A stretch of DNA of 64,000 nucleotides from Nitrosopumilus sp. (lineage in GTDB: Archaea; Thermoproteota; Nitrososphaeria; Nitrososphaerales; Nitrosopumilaceae). The stretch covers positions 2,048,001 to 2,112,000 of the forward strand of contig OZ250186.1 in the NCBI GenBank assembly GCA_965238275.1, read 5' to 3'. The stretch's first letter is position 1. The number at the start of each line of letters is the position of its first letter. Below, in pieces: positions 33,140-43,040 of this stretch. The notes beneath the pieces are model-generated. The model was not told where the DNA came from, searched no databases, and saw nothing but the letters and a program-made list of their open reading frames with translations. Made by a program: the position numbers and the translations under genes.

Positions 33140-34468
33140 TTATCCCAGCCCCATCCGCCTGAGCGTGCCCTGCATCTGGCGCCCCTTGGAGGCCTTCATC
33201 AGGTTCTTGGAGAGTCTGTAGTTTTTGAGGAGGCTGTTGACGTCCCCTTCGGGCCATCCGGAGCCGCGGGAGATCCTCTTGAGCCGGGATCGCTTGATGA
33301 TGTCCGGGTTGGCCTTTTCCGGTTCAGTCATGCTCTGAATGATATAGCGCCATTTTACAACGTTGGTCTCCATCTGGCTCACGCGGTCGCCCTTTGCCAT
33401 CTCTGCAAATCCCGGCATGTTCTCAACGATCCCCTTCAGGGAGCCGGCCTTGGTAACCTCCTCCAGCTGGTAAAAAAAGTCGTCCATGTTCATCTTTCCG
33501 CTGGTGATCCTCTTCATCCTCACGTCATCCCCTTCAGACTCCAGCCGCTTTGCCAGGTCCAGGATTGCCTTGATGTCCCCCATTCCAAGAAGGCGCCCGA
33601 TGAATCTGGTGGGGGAGAACTTTTGGAGATCGTCTATCTTTTCTCCGGTACCTATGTACATCACGCGCGCGCCGGTCGCAGCAGAGGCTGCAAGCGCCCC
33701 TCCGCCCTTTGCAGAGCTGTCCAGTTTTGTGACGATCACGCCGCCCACGGGAATCGTCTTGTGGAACGCCTCTGCCTGGCTGTAGCACCGCCGTCCGATG
33801 GTGCCGTCTATTACAAGCAGCGCCAGATCCGGATCGGCTGCATTCTTGATTCGGACCATCTCGTCAAGCAGATCCTGCTCCTCCTTGTGGCGGCCTGCAG
33901 TGTCGATAAGAATGATCTCCAGCGGCTGTCCGGCAAAATGCTTCAGCCCCTTCCGGACGATATCCGGGGAGTCCTTGTTTTTTTCATCCCCGTACACCTC
34001 CACGTTGGATTTTTCGCACATCGCCCGAAGCTGGGCCAGCGCGCCCGGCCTGTAGGTGTCGGCCCCGATCACCCCGACCTTGTATCCCTGCCGGGTCAGG
34101 AACCGGGCAAGTTTTGAGGCGGTGGTGGTCTTGCCGCTGCCTTGGATTCCAAGCAGGATTATCTTGTTCTGCCTTCCCGGCTTGAAATCAAACTCAGAGT
34201 CGTTTCCCAGCAGGCTTGATAGCTCGTCATAGAGAATCTTGACTATGTGATCCTTTCGCGACAGGCCCGGGGGCGGGGTCTCATGCAGCGCGCGATCCTC
34301 AAGGCGCGCCGTAACATCCAGGACCAGCTTGTAGTCCACATCCGAGAGTATCAGCGCCCTTTGCACGTCCATTGCAAGATCCTTTATGAGGGCATCGTCT
34401 ATGCCGGATGAGCGCACGACCTTCCGGATTGCAGCACCCAGGCTGTCCCTTAGTCCGTCAAGCATCAT
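33140..34468 (-). CDS. srp54: Signal recognition particle protein SRP54
   Basis: GIQGSGKTT, DTAGRH, TKLDSSAKGGG and an M domain. Confidence 0.97.
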   Translation of the reverse strand: MMLDGLRDSLGAAIRKVVRSSGIDDALIKDLAMDVQRALILSDVDYKLVLDVTARLEDRALHETPPPGLSRKDHIVKILYDELSSLLGNDSEFDFKPGRQNKIILLGIQGSGKTTTASKLARFLTRQGYKVGVIGADTYRPGALAQLRAMCEKSNVEVYGDEKNKDSPDIVRKGLKHFAGQPLEIILIDTAGRHKEEQDLLDEMVRIKNAADPDLALLVIDGTIGRRCYSQAEAFHKTIPVGGVIVTKLDSSAKGGGALAASAATGARVMYIGTGEKIDDLQKFSPTRFIGRLLGMGDIKAILDLAKRLESEGDDVRMKRITSGKMNMDDFFYQLEEVTKAGSLKGIVENMPGFAEMAKGDRVSQMETNVVKWRYIIQSMTEPEKANPDIIKRSRLKRISRGSGWPEGDVNSLLKNYRLSKNLMKASKGRQMQGTLRRMGLG

Positions 34469-35147
34469 AGTTCAATTCCGCATCAGCTATTTCAAACCTT
34501 CCTCGGTACCCGTCCCATACCTTTCGTGCACGGTTGATTCGGACGGGGTGTGAAAACAGCGGGCAGTCCGTCACAAACGTCTCTGCCTCCCCCCCCTCAA
34601 AGTTCATGTTGAAGCCAAACCGCCGGGAGAGATCCTCCAGTAGTGTGATGTCGGGGCCTGATATGGTCCTGCCCAGCCAGCCGTCATCCAGCCCGTCAGA
34701 TGATACTGCAGTTATGATAAAGACGAGGTTTGAGTCCAGCAGGCTGCGCATGTATCTCCCCGGGGGAATCCCCCACACCGGCGAGACAAGGCTCAGGTTG
34801 TGGCTCCCGCAGAGCGACTCAAACTTCTCCCTTTGAAACCTGCTCATTATTCCCCCATGGACCACACCCTGTATGCCAAACCTCGCCTTGGCATTCTCCA
34901 GCAGGTCCCCCAGCACCTCCAGCTCCGCATCCGTCCGGACAGACGCGGAGCGGGCACGCATCTGCGGCGTGTCCATGGACTCTGCCTGCAGCCGCGTCCA
35001 CGACAGGTTGGGATGGTGCAGCAGGTGGCTGTCTTCGGATTCTGGAAGGACAGTCAGCAGGCATGCCACGTCGTGCCCCTGCTCTTGTGCCAGGCATATG
35101 GCGTAGACGCTGTCCTTTCCTCCGGTAAACAGGGACGCCAGTTTCAT
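34458..35147 (-). CDS. Diphthine--ammonia ligase family (Dph6-like) PP-loop ATPase
   Basis: TGGKDS and EGGEAETFV motifs. Confidence 0.9.
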   Translation of the reverse strand: MKLASLFTGGKDSVYAICLAQEQGHDVACLLTVLPESEDSHLLHHPNLSWTRLQAESMDTPQMRARSASVRTDAELEVLGDLLENAKARFGIQGVVHGGIMSRFQREKFESLCGSHNLSLVSPVWGIPPGRYMRSLLDSNLVFIITAVSSDGLDDGWLGRTISGPDITLLEDLSRRFGFNMNFEGGEAETFVTDCPLFSHPVRINRARKVWDGYRGRFEIADAELNYDA

Positions 35148-35173
35148 GATCCCAGGATCATTCCGTATTGAAT

Positions 35174-35238
35174 GGGTGCCTCATCACTCATAATCCTCAT
35201 CAACACTCAGATGGCTTTTCCGCTCATCATCAGCACCC
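35174..35238 (-). ncRNA. C/D-box 2'-O-methylation guide sRNA
   Basis: Minus strand: GGGTGC stem, box C ATGATGA, guide GCGGAAAAGCCAT, D' CTGA, C' TGATGA, guide GGATTATGAGTG, D ATGA, GCACCC stem. Confidence 0.85.
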
Positions 35239-35241
35239 GTT

Positions 35242-35652
35242 CTAGTTTTTAATGCGCATGATTTTAGTCTTGTCCATTACAACCCAGTACTCTACATTCT
35301 GGCCGTTCTCCAGGTTCCCCCGCACGTCTACATCCACCAGGGTCACGTCGATGGTCTCAAAGGTCTCAGAGTCCATCACCTGCACGGTATCGCCGTTAAT
35401 CGAGATTATCTGGCCCAGCCTCTTGTTGATCATCGGGACGTGTATCTGCATGCTGACCGGGCCCACATGGGGTCGCTTCTGGCCGTCAAATATGCCCTCC
35501 CCCACAATCCTGGCCTTGGCCGCACCGTGCTTGCCGGGTTTTGAGGTGTCATACTCTACTATTCTGCATGGTTCTCCGCTTGGCTGATCAGAGTGCGGCA
35601 GCAGTATGTAGGATCCAATCTTCAGGGAGCCCAGGTCAGAAGGCTTACTCAT
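35242..35652 (-). CDS. eif5a: Translation factor aIF-5A
   Basis: SKPGKHGAAK hypusine motif. Confidence 0.97.
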   Translation of the reverse strand: MSKPSDLGSLKIGSYILLPHSDQPSGEPCRIVEYDTSKPGKHGAAKARIVGEGIFDGQKRPHVGPVSMQIHVPMINKRLGQIISINGDTVQVMDSETFETIDVTLVDVDVRGNLENGQNVEYWVVMDKTKIMRIKN

Positions 35653-35687
35653 AAAGAGAACAGTTTTGAGCCGAATATTTAACCTTT

Positions 35688-36302
35688 CTACTTTAGCTGT
35701 TCAAGGATCGAGAGGCTCAGCATGTTGGTCATCAGCACCCCCTTCCTGTTGGCATCCCTTCTCGTATGCTCGCAGTACTTTTTGAGGCTCTGATGGCTCT
35801 TCTCGCTTGCAACCTCTACTACCACTATATTTTCAGAGTATGGAAACGTAAACTTTGAGGGGACCAAACAAAACGTCTCCATGCTTCCAAGTGCGGCCGC
35901 CGTGATCTTCTCCCTCTTGAGCAGAATGTTTGCAACGTCCTGAATGCCGTCATAATCATTGCCGTACTCTAGGTAGTAGACGGAGATAAAACCGGTGTCG
36001 CCTTCGGCATCCCTCTGGAAGAGATCCTCGTTGACGTTGAATACGAATGATGTCTTGCTCTGGTTGTGCCTTGCCATGTCGATTGAGATCTGCTGGCTGT
36101 CCTTGAATTTGGCCAAAAGGTAGTGGTTGGTCGAATCAGAAAAGTAGGGCTTGCTTTCGCTGGAGAATGTGGATGTGACAAAGAACAGTTTCTCGATGTT
36201 TGGCGAGTTGATCCAGGATTCGCTGAGTTCAGTTGATCGGCGGGTGTGAAGGTACGGGGCGCAGACGTATCCAAAATGGGCCAGCTTTAGTTCAGACGCC
36301 AT
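35688..36302 (-). CDS. Hypothetical protein
   Basis: 204-aa ORF with normal codon usage. Confidence 0.75.
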   Translation of the reverse strand: MASELKLAHFGYVCAPYLHTRRSTELSESWINSPNIEKLFFVTSTFSSESKPYFSDSTNHYLLAKFKDSQQISIDMARHNQSKTSFVFNVNEDLFQRDAEGDTGFISVYYLEYGNDYDGIQDVANILLKREKITAAALGSMETFCLVPSKFTFPYSENIVVVEVASEKSHQSLKKYCEHTRRDANRKGVLMTNMLSLSILEQLK

Positions 36303-36354
36303 GTAGTTTGGGAATTTTGAAGCTATTTATGCTTATTTGTAGAGTGAGAAATAC

Positions 36355-37419
36355 TGTATTATACGGAAATTATGTCCGCTAGTCATTGGTATCCTCCTCC
36401 ATCCAATTTGAGTTCTCATTCCTGATCTCCTCGGTCGCTTTCTTGGCATGGAATGCCATGAGTGGGGTCTCGCGGTTGGCAATGTCCAGCGAAAAGTGCA
36501 GGCGTCTCTCGTTATAGTATTCGACGTACTCTGCCAGGCTCCTGCGGTGACATATTTCATCTTCAAGCGTCCTGTGAAACCGCTCAAGCTTGCCGTTGGT
36601 CTGGGGGTGGTACGGCCTGGAGTTTATCAGCCCTATGCTCAGGTCCAGCAGCTCTGCCTCAAAGGTGGTGGGCTGCCATGATCCGGAAGGCGCCTTCATT
36701 CTCTTGCCGTCCTTCCCCTTCACGTACCTGCCTGTAGCGCCCACAAAGCATGAGCCGTTGTCTGACAGGATGGTGGCAGGAACGCCGAACTGCCTGACTG
36801 CATCCCGGAGAACCTTCACAACGTTCTCGGACGTGGCCTCAGTAAACAGACCCACCCCGGTCACGCATCTTGACGCGTCGTCCAGAAAGGTCACCAGATT
36901 GAGCCCTTTCATGCGCGGATCCTTCATGACATGCCAGTCTGTGTGCCACATGGAGTTGGAATGCCTTCGTTCGTAGCGAACCCACTTTCGTTTTTTGGAC
37001 TTTGCCGCAGACGAAACCACCAGGCCGTTCTCCTTCATTATCCGGTATACCCTCTGGTAACCTATATCATGATTTACCTGCAGGTTCATGGCAGTGCGCA
37101 GCACGCCTTGCGGTTCCCGTCTGCATTCATCCAGCACAAGTCGTACTTCCTCTGGGGATGGTGGCCGTGCAGGCCGGCCGGGACGCTGCGGAGTGCCGGC
37201 AGTACGGAACACGGCCCGCAGCCTGCGGACATGTCTTGGCGTCACGCCGATCTCTGTTGCCACTTCCGTCGTGCCCCTGCCCTTGCCGAGCTGTGCCATC
37301 GCGTATCTGATGGACTTTGCCGTCAGTCGTTTTGCCATCGTTTTTCTTGATCGGTAAAGGACAAAGTAATCCTTTACGTAACGCTTGATCTTAGGCGGAC
37401 CTAATTTTCGTACAACAGA
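36355..37419 (-). mobile_element. IS481-like insertion sequence, 1065 bp
   Basis: 25-bp imperfect IRs (36355-36379 / 37395-37419, 20/25 match) flanked by a perfect 16-bp direct repeat GTAGAGTGAGAAATAC at 36339-36354 and 37420-37435. Confidence 0.88.
36379..37338 (-). CDS. IS481-family DDE transposase (integrase core)
   Basis: N-terminal HTH, NSMWHTD, FLDDASR, ILSDNG and PQTNGKLERFH. Start reassigned to MAKRLTAKS. Confidence 0.92.
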   Translation of the reverse strand: MAKRLTAKSIRYAMAQLGKGRGTTEVATEIGVTPRHVRRLRAVFRTAGTPQRPGRPARPPSPEEVRLVLDECRREPQGVLRTAMNLQVNHDIGYQRVYRIMKENGLVVSSAAKSKKRKWVRYERRHSNSMWHTDWHVMKDPRMKGLNLVTFLDDASRCVTGVGLFTEATSENVVKVLRDAVRQFGVPATILSDNGSCFVGATGRYVKGKDGKRMKAPSGSWQPTTFEAELLDLSIGLINSRPYHPQTNGKLERFHRTLEDEICHRRSLAEYVEYYNERRLHFSLDIANRETPLMAFHAKKATEEIRNENSNWMEEDTND

Positions 37420-37802
37420 GTAGAGTGAGAAATACGTACAAAAGCACGCACGGCCCGAATCGGCCGCATCTGACTGCCTTTTTTGGAGGCTCCGGCAGCA
37501 GTAACAACCCTCATGGGCGTGGTTCCCGTCGGATCCCCCTTCATGGCAGGGTGGTGCCGCCCGGCGGCCCGAATCCCCGCGCCCTTTGACGGGGTTTCCC
37601 GGAGCCATGCATTCCGGAGGATGTTGCGCAAGCCGGAGCGTGTCTGGGGATGCCAGTCTGCATTCTCTCCGAATCCGCATGGAGCCATGCCTGCGCGTGC
37701 CAGATGAGGACATACGCGGCGGCGGCGGCGGATTCTGCCAGTCCGGGACTTTGCAGACAAAAGTAGATAGTTTTTTAATAGCATTGATTCTTGTAAATTT
37801 GT

Positions 37803-37926
37803 CCCAAGCTAGCTCAGCCTGGTAGAGCTTCCGGCTGTAGTTGTCGGCTTCAGATGGCTGACCAGATAACAGCATGTCAGGCATACAGAAACCGGGTTGT
37901 CGAAGGTTCAATTCCTTCGCTTGGGA
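37803..37926 (+). tRNA. tRNA-Tyr(GUA) with about 50-nt intron at 37/38 (37841-37890)
   Basis: Acceptor stem CCCAAGC/GCTTGGG, D-arm, anticodon GTA at 37837-37839, T-arm GAAGG-TTCAATT-CCTTC. Confidence 0.93.
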
Positions 37927-38062
37927 CTCACATATTTGGATTAACGGGTAGTACGGCCATCCCACGGAATGCCGTCTCCCGGCACAACATGTGTGCGTGC
38001 TGGAATATACATGAAAATAATAAAAAGATAGACTGAATTAAGAGATTCTAAAAATTTGTCGC

Positions 38063-38254
38063 CTATTCTGATTTTTTGACTTGTTGTGCTGCAGGTCCTT
38101 TTCTGCCTTCGCCTACTTCAAACTCGACTTTATCGCCTTCGTTGATAAATCCGTCAACGTCTGATTTGTGAACAAACAAATCGTCGCCGGATTCTCTCTC
38201 GATAAAACCAAAGCCCTTAGTACGGTTAAACCACTTTACGGTGCCTTGTTCCAT
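38063..38254 (-). CDS. csp: Cold-shock domain protein
   Basis: GTVKWFN..KGFGFI and DLFVH motifs. Confidence 0.97.
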   Translation of the reverse strand: MEQGTVKWFNRTKGFGFIERESGDDLFVHKSDVDGFINEGDKVEFEVGEGRKGPAAQQVKKSE

Positions 38255-38551
38255 TTGATTTAGGAGAAAATCATGCTACATATTAAGTAGCTCATCAGGA
38301 TCGGATTCAAGTCCGATATGGGCACAAACATGGGATTGGCAGCGTTTACACCTATCCCTGACTGGACCAGAGGCATTTACAGGCCAGACGGTGACTTGCA
38401 TGACCGGTTCGGAGAGCGGCAGGCAGATACCCGGGCCAAAACCCGAAAGGGCGTCCATGCCTGCAGCCTGCCTTGGTGGTTTTGAGACGACATGCCCTGA
38501 TTTACCTACTTTCCCAATGGGATATCTTCAAGCATCCTGTTTTGGGATGCA

Positions 38552-38863
38552 TCAAAAGTCCTTGGGGATGTGGTTGTTTGCCTTCAGCCACTCCACCTGC
38601 GGGAGCGTGAACCGCCAGACGATGTCGCCCTTCTCGGCCTCGTTAAAGTCCCAAGGCGCGATAATCACAATGTCGTTGTCCCTTATCCAGACCCGCCTCT
38701 TGAGCTTGCCCCTTATCCTGCCGCGGCGGGTGATATTGTCAGTACACTTGATTAGAACATTCTCTCCTCCAAGCATCTTCAAAACCCTTCCAAACATCTC
38801 GCCCTCCTCGGGAAGACGAATCTCCTTTAAGGCACTCTCGCTTTTTACCTGTCTCTTACCCAT
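38552..38863 (-). CDS. eif1a: Translation initiation factor aIF-1A
   Basis: VLKMLGG, RIRGKLKRRVWIR and KGDIVWR. Confidence 0.95.
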   Translation of the reverse strand: MGKRQVKSESALKEIRLPEEGEMFGRVLKMLGGENVLIKCTDNITRRGRIRGKLKRRVWIRDNDIVIIAPWDFNEAEKGDIVWRFTLPQVEWLKANNHIPKDF

Positions 38864-38955
38864 AACATTCAACATGGCAGTAAGCATATAACTTGTGGTA
38901 TTCCGGCGCGGCCTGCATGCAAGGGGTTTTATCCCATTATCAGGATGACTGACTT

Positions 38956-39516
38956 GTGGAATTCAGATGCGTGCAGGAATGCTCGCAGTGCTGTATCGAA
39001 AGGGAGTACTATCCAAGCAGAAGGTTTGGAAAGATAGGCGTCCTGATACTCCCAGAGGAGAAGGAGAGAATCCATAGCCTGGCAGCCGAGATGGGGACTG
39101 AGATCAGCATCCTGCCAAGGATCGGAATCTCACATACAGATGATCCGGCAACGATAGAGGTTCTGGCATACCAGCTGATGGGAAGGCACGATGACGGCAA
39201 CATGTGTCCGTTTCTGGATACGGAGAGCGGGGCAAAGTCGCCCCACATGGGGTATCCGTGCAGGATCTACGCCCGCAGGCCGCTTGCATGCATGGCCTAC
39301 CCGCTAAACGAACCGGAACCCATAGCGCTTGACGAAAAGTGCAAGTTCTGCAAGGAGCACGGGGCCGCGGATCGGAACCTGGAATCCGAGATGGAGGCGC
39401 TCCTGAAGATAAGGAGCGGCATGGAGACGCGTGCGCCGTTTGTCTGGCGGTTTGCCACAGGAGTCGGGGAGCCGGGTGTAGGGCTACTGAAGCCGGGCTG
39501 GGTCATGGAGAGATGA
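38956..39516 (+). CDS. YkgJ/UPF0153 family Cys-cluster protein
   Basis: CxxxCxxCC, CPFLD and CRIYARRPLACMAYP. Confidence 0.88.
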   Translation: MEFRCVQECSQCCIEREYYPSRRFGKIGVLILPEEKERIHSLAAEMGTEISILPRIGISHTDDPATIEVLAYQLMGRHDDGNMCPFLDTESGAKSPHMGYPCRIYARRPLACMAYPLNEPEPIALDEKCKFCKEHGAADRNLESEMEALLKIRSGMETRAPFVWRFATGVGEPGVGLLKPGWVMER

Positions 39517-39673
39517 TGATGATGACTGCAGGCTGTGCGGTTGGGCAGCAGCAGACGCCTCCGTACCGGCAGACAGATGTCCATGCCATCATGCAGATAT
39601 GTCACAGGTTGGACTTTTTCACGGCCTAAAGCCTCCGGCTATGAGTGCCTCCTTGCACCACACGCCCGTGCAG

Positions 39674-40732
39674 TCAGGATGCAGGATTGATTACGGCACG
39701 GCCGATGATGTTTCGGGCCTTGAGGTCATTCATGGCATCGTTGACATCATCAAGGGAGTACCGCCTAGAGATGACAGGATTGATCACCCCCTTTCTTGCA
39801 AGATCAAGAAGTTCCACCATGTCGTTGTAGTTTCCAGTGTATGCCCCCTGGATGGTGATTGATTTTAGCGGAATCGTCACAAGGGACAGCTCGATGGAGC
39901 CACCAAACAGCCCAACCAGGACAAGGTTGCCCCTCTTGCGCAACACAGACAGGGACATCTTTACGGTGGAAGGGGCATTGACAAAGTCAACGACGCCGTC
40001 TGCGCCCTTTTCATTGCATATTGAGATGATCTCCTTGGAGACGTCCGTATTCTTGGAGTTCAGGGTGTAGTCTGCACCCAGTTTCCTGGCCAGTTCCAGT
40101 TTCTTATCGCCATAATCGACACATATGATCTTGGCATCGGTGATGGCCTTTGCAATCTGTACCCCCATCAGCCCGAGTCCGCCTATTCCAACAAGCACCA
40201 GAAACTCAAGGGGTTTCTGGTTCACCTTCTTTATGGCAGTGTATGCCGTAAGCGCAGAACATGCAAGGGAGGTTGCAGAGTCAGGATCAACGCCGTCAAG
40301 CCTTGCAAGATACTTGTAGTCTGGAACCAGAACATGATCAGAGTATCCCCCGTCCTGAAACACCCCCATTGATCTTGGCGTATCGCACAGGTTTTCATTG
40401 CCGGCAAGGCACGCAGGACACTGCAGGCATCCCATCCACGGAAATACCAGAACCAGATCCCCGTTTGATATGCCAGAGACGTCACTGCCCACGGCATCAA
40501 CTGTTCCGACTACCTCATGGCCCGGCGTTACAGGATACTTTACGCCCCTGTCAGTAACCTTCATAAACTGACCGTCCCCGAGATCGTATCCCCCCTCCCA
40601 CAGATGCAGGTCGCTGTGGCAGACGCCTACCGACTTGACTTTGAGCAGAACCTGACGGCCCTTGGGCTGCGGGGTCTCGGATTCAGAAAGCGTGAGAGGC
40701 TCCTGGGGAGCCATGATCCGGGCGGATTTCAT
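39674..40732 (-). CDS. Zinc-dependent alcohol dehydrogenase (MDR family)
   Basis: GVCHSD, GHE, CxxCxxC-x7-C and GIGGLG. Start at MKSARIM. Confidence 0.95.
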   Translation of the reverse strand: MKSARIMAPQEPLTLSESETPQPKGRQVLLKVKSVGVCHSDLHLWEGGYDLGDGQFMKVTDRGVKYPVTPGHEVVGTVDAVGSDVSGISNGDLVLVFPWMGCLQCPACLAGNENLCDTPRSMGVFQDGGYSDHVLVPDYKYLARLDGVDPDSATSLACSALTAYTAIKKVNQKPLEFLVLVGIGGLGLMGVQIAKAITDAKIICVDYGDKKLELARKLGADYTLNSKNTDVSKEIISICNEKGADGVVDFVNAPSTVKMSLSVLRKRGNLVLVGLFGGSIELSLVTIPLKSITIQGAYTGNYNDMVELLDLARKGVINPVISRRYSLDDVNDAMNDLKARNIIGRAVINPAS

Positions 40733-40826
40733 AGGATTACCTTTTGCAGCAACAATATAAGAGTTGACTGAAGATTGGAAAAAAATAGAGCAGCTACATA
40801 TTATTGAGTATCTGCCAGCGTATGGT

Positions 40827-41498
40827 GTGAGCAAACCCGGGATCCCCAGCAACATATCGCAGGATCCAGTCAACGTACTGTTCAGCCCGTCATCAGTTGC
40901 CAGAAAGGACGTCTGGGAGATTGACCTGATTCAGATACTGAACATGCTGGTAAAGATCCTTGAAAGGACGGGAAGGAAGGACCTGAAGGTTGCAGGAATG
41001 GCCGCCCTGTCCTCGTCACTCATCTACAGGATGAAGGTTGAGAGCATCTTTGCGCTGCAAAAGGCGGCGATGGAAAAAAAGCCCATGCGCCAGAGGACGG
41101 ATGTGGACATAGAACTCATAGACATGCCATACAGGCACGAGTCGACCTACCCGGTCTCGCTTGATGATCTGCTGGGCCTTCTCCAGAACCTCATCGGCAC
41201 GATTGCAAATCCGCAGTCAAGGAGGAGGCTGAACGTGGAGCCGGCAGAGCCGCCTGACTTTCAGGAATACTTTATTCCGCTTGAGAACATCATTGAAAAG
41301 TACGAGGACATGGTGATGAGGAAGATCGGGTCTGTCGGATCTGCAATGCTGCAGGATATCATTGCAGACCTTGACGGGATCGATTCCATCAGATGCTTCT
41401 TTGCCATACTGTTTCTGGCAAGGGACAAAAAGGCGGATCTGGAGCAGGTGGGCGACGACATCAAGATTACGGCGGCAATGGAGGAGGCTGCCGGATGA
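40827..41498 (+). CDS. scpA: Segregation and condensation protein A (kleisin)
   Basis: DVWEIDL and FFAILFLA...LEQ winged helix. Precedes scpB. Start uncertain. Confidence 0.82.
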   Translation: MSKPGIPSNISQDPVNVLFSPSSVARKDVWEIDLIQILNMLVKILERTGRKDLKVAGMAALSSSLIYRMKVESIFALQKAAMEKKPMRQRTDVDIELIDMPYRHESTYPVSLDDLLGLLQNLIGTIANPQSRRRLNVEPAEPPDFQEYFIPLENIIEKYEDMVMRKIGSVGSAMLQDIIADLDGIDSIRCFFAILFLARDKKADLEQVGDDIKITAAMEEAAG

Positions 41499-41529
41499 CG
41501 GCATGCAGGTTCGAGGGGCAGGATAGAAA

Positions 41530-42102
41530 TTGGTAAGGGTTGAGGATGCAGTCACGGCCACGGCAAGGATAGAGGCGGCCCTGTACTCTGCAGGAAGGCC
41601 CCTGAAGGTGGAGGAGATTGTCAGGGCGTCAGGCACGGAGTCCAAGACAAGAACGCTGGATCTGCTAAACAAGATCATAAAAAAGACAAGAACCGCATTC
41701 AAGGCGCTTGAGATAGTCATGCTTCCTGACGGATCATACGTGTTTCAGCTAAAGCCCGAGTACAGTTCCACCGTAAAGAGATATGCATCAAAGCCCATCC
41801 TTCCAAATGCCACGCTAAAGACGCTGTCATACATTGCCTACAGCCAGCCGATCTCCTCCAAGCAGCTGACAGAGACGAGGGGGACCGGGGTGTATGCGCA
41901 CCTCAAGGAGCTGCGGCAGCTGAATTTTGTCGACAGCCAGAAGGTCGGCAGGCTGAGAATCTATACGACGACGACAAAGTTCCAAAAATACTTTGGGATT
42001 CAGGGCGATGTCGAGAGCCTAAAGCAGCGGCTTTTCTCCAAGGTAAAAGATACGGCAAGCATGATGCAGCAGACAAAACCCGCCGAGATCTCCCGGAACT
42101 AG
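41530..42102 (+). CDS. scpB: Segregation and condensation protein B
   Basis: IEAALY, LKTLSYIAYSQPI and TTTKFQKYFG. Confidence 0.92.
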   Translation: MVRVEDAVTATARIEAALYSAGRPLKVEEIVRASGTESKTRTLDLLNKIIKKTRTAFKALEIVMLPDGSYVFQLKPEYSSTVKRYASKPILPNATLKTLSYIAYSQPISSKQLTETRGTGVYAHLKELRQLNFVDSQKVGRLRIYTTTTKFQKYFGIQGDVESLKQRLFSKVKDTASMMQQTKPAEISRN

Positions 42103-42279
42103 GCCGCCGCCTCCTCCTCATCCTCCTCCTTCGTCTGCCCAAGACATGCCACGTCCCCGAATCCTACCGGGAGTCTGGATGCGGAATGGCCGCTGCCTGA
42201 CATGTTCATACTGGGGCATGCGCCAGTCAGATTCGTCGTCTACGTTTTGTATAAATTAGAGTGACTGGGATGTGCAATC

Positions 42280-42663
42280 GTGAGAAAGTCAGTAGAGAAC
42301 CTAGCAACCAGCAAGACCACGGGTGGCAGAAGGCATCCGCTCCGAATCAGGAGAAAGTACGAGATAGACAGGTATCCAAACGAGGCAGTCAACGGGGCCC
42401 AGACGACAATAACGCGAAGGGTTCGCGGAAACAACAGAAAGACGGCCCTGAAGTCAATCGACTTTGTCAATCTGGCAACAGGCGATGCCAAGGTAATAAA
42501 GACAAAAATTCTCAAGGTCTTGGACAATTCCACTAACAACGATTACAAGAGAAGGGGCATCATTACAAAGGGCGCCGTATTAGAGACGCGGGAAGGCAGA
42601 TGCAGGGTGGTCTCCAAGCCGGGCCAGAACGGCATAGTCAATGCGGTTCTGATGAAGGAATAA
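42280..42663 (+). CDS. rps8e: 30S ribosomal protein eS8
   Basis: TGGR...RKYEI, RVRGNN, IITKG and PGQNGIVNA. Confidence 0.96.
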   Translation: MRKSVENLATSKTTGGRRHPLRIRRKYEIDRYPNEAVNGAQTTITRRVRGNNRKTALKSIDFVNLATGDAKVIKTKILKVLDNSTNNDYKRRGIITKGAVLETREGRCRVVSKPGQNGIVNAVLMKE

Positions 42664-42664
42664 G

Positions 42665-42967
42665 ATGAAGAGCTACGAGCACGTCGTAGTGTGGTTGGAT
42701 TATTTTAACAAGAACTTCAAGAGATCAAGGGGAAGAAAGATGGGACTGGGCAAATGCGTGTTTGATCCCTCGCTGAAGGAGCTTATGGACGCGGCAGCGT
42801 CTGCAGGGTTTGAGATAACAGAGCAAAACGAGAAGGCAAGGTTTCCCAGAAGGCCGTTTGTCAGATCGGGGTACGTGGTGGTGCCAAAGCAGCAGTCCGC
42901 CAAGACAGTAATTCTTGACAAGATTGCAAAAAAAATGGTTGCCAAGAGGGCCAAACGTTCAAAATAA
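42665..42967 (+). CDS. srp19: Signal recognition particle protein SRP19
   Basis: VWLDYFN..RSRGRK and FPRRP..SG. Confidence 0.88.
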   Translation: MKSYEHVVVWLDYFNKNFKRSRGRKMGLGKCVFDPSLKELMDAAASAGFEITEQNEKARFPRRPFVRSGYVVVPKQQSAKTVILDKIAKKMVAKRAKRSK

Positions 42968-43040
42968 TTCAGATCTAGCTTTTTGCTAAAGAAAAGCTGA
43001 TCGAGCCATATGATAAGACAGTAGCGGTTAATATCTTAAA

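Noticed and set aside
37339-37965. 528-aa version of the transposase
   Set aside because: The extension crosses the IS end and tRNA-Tyr. The real start is at 37338.
38270-38320. CTGATGAG plus hairpins upstream of csp, resembling a hammerhead ribozyme
   Set aside because: No GAAA after stem II and no cleavage triplet geometry. The stretch overlaps the likely TATA box.
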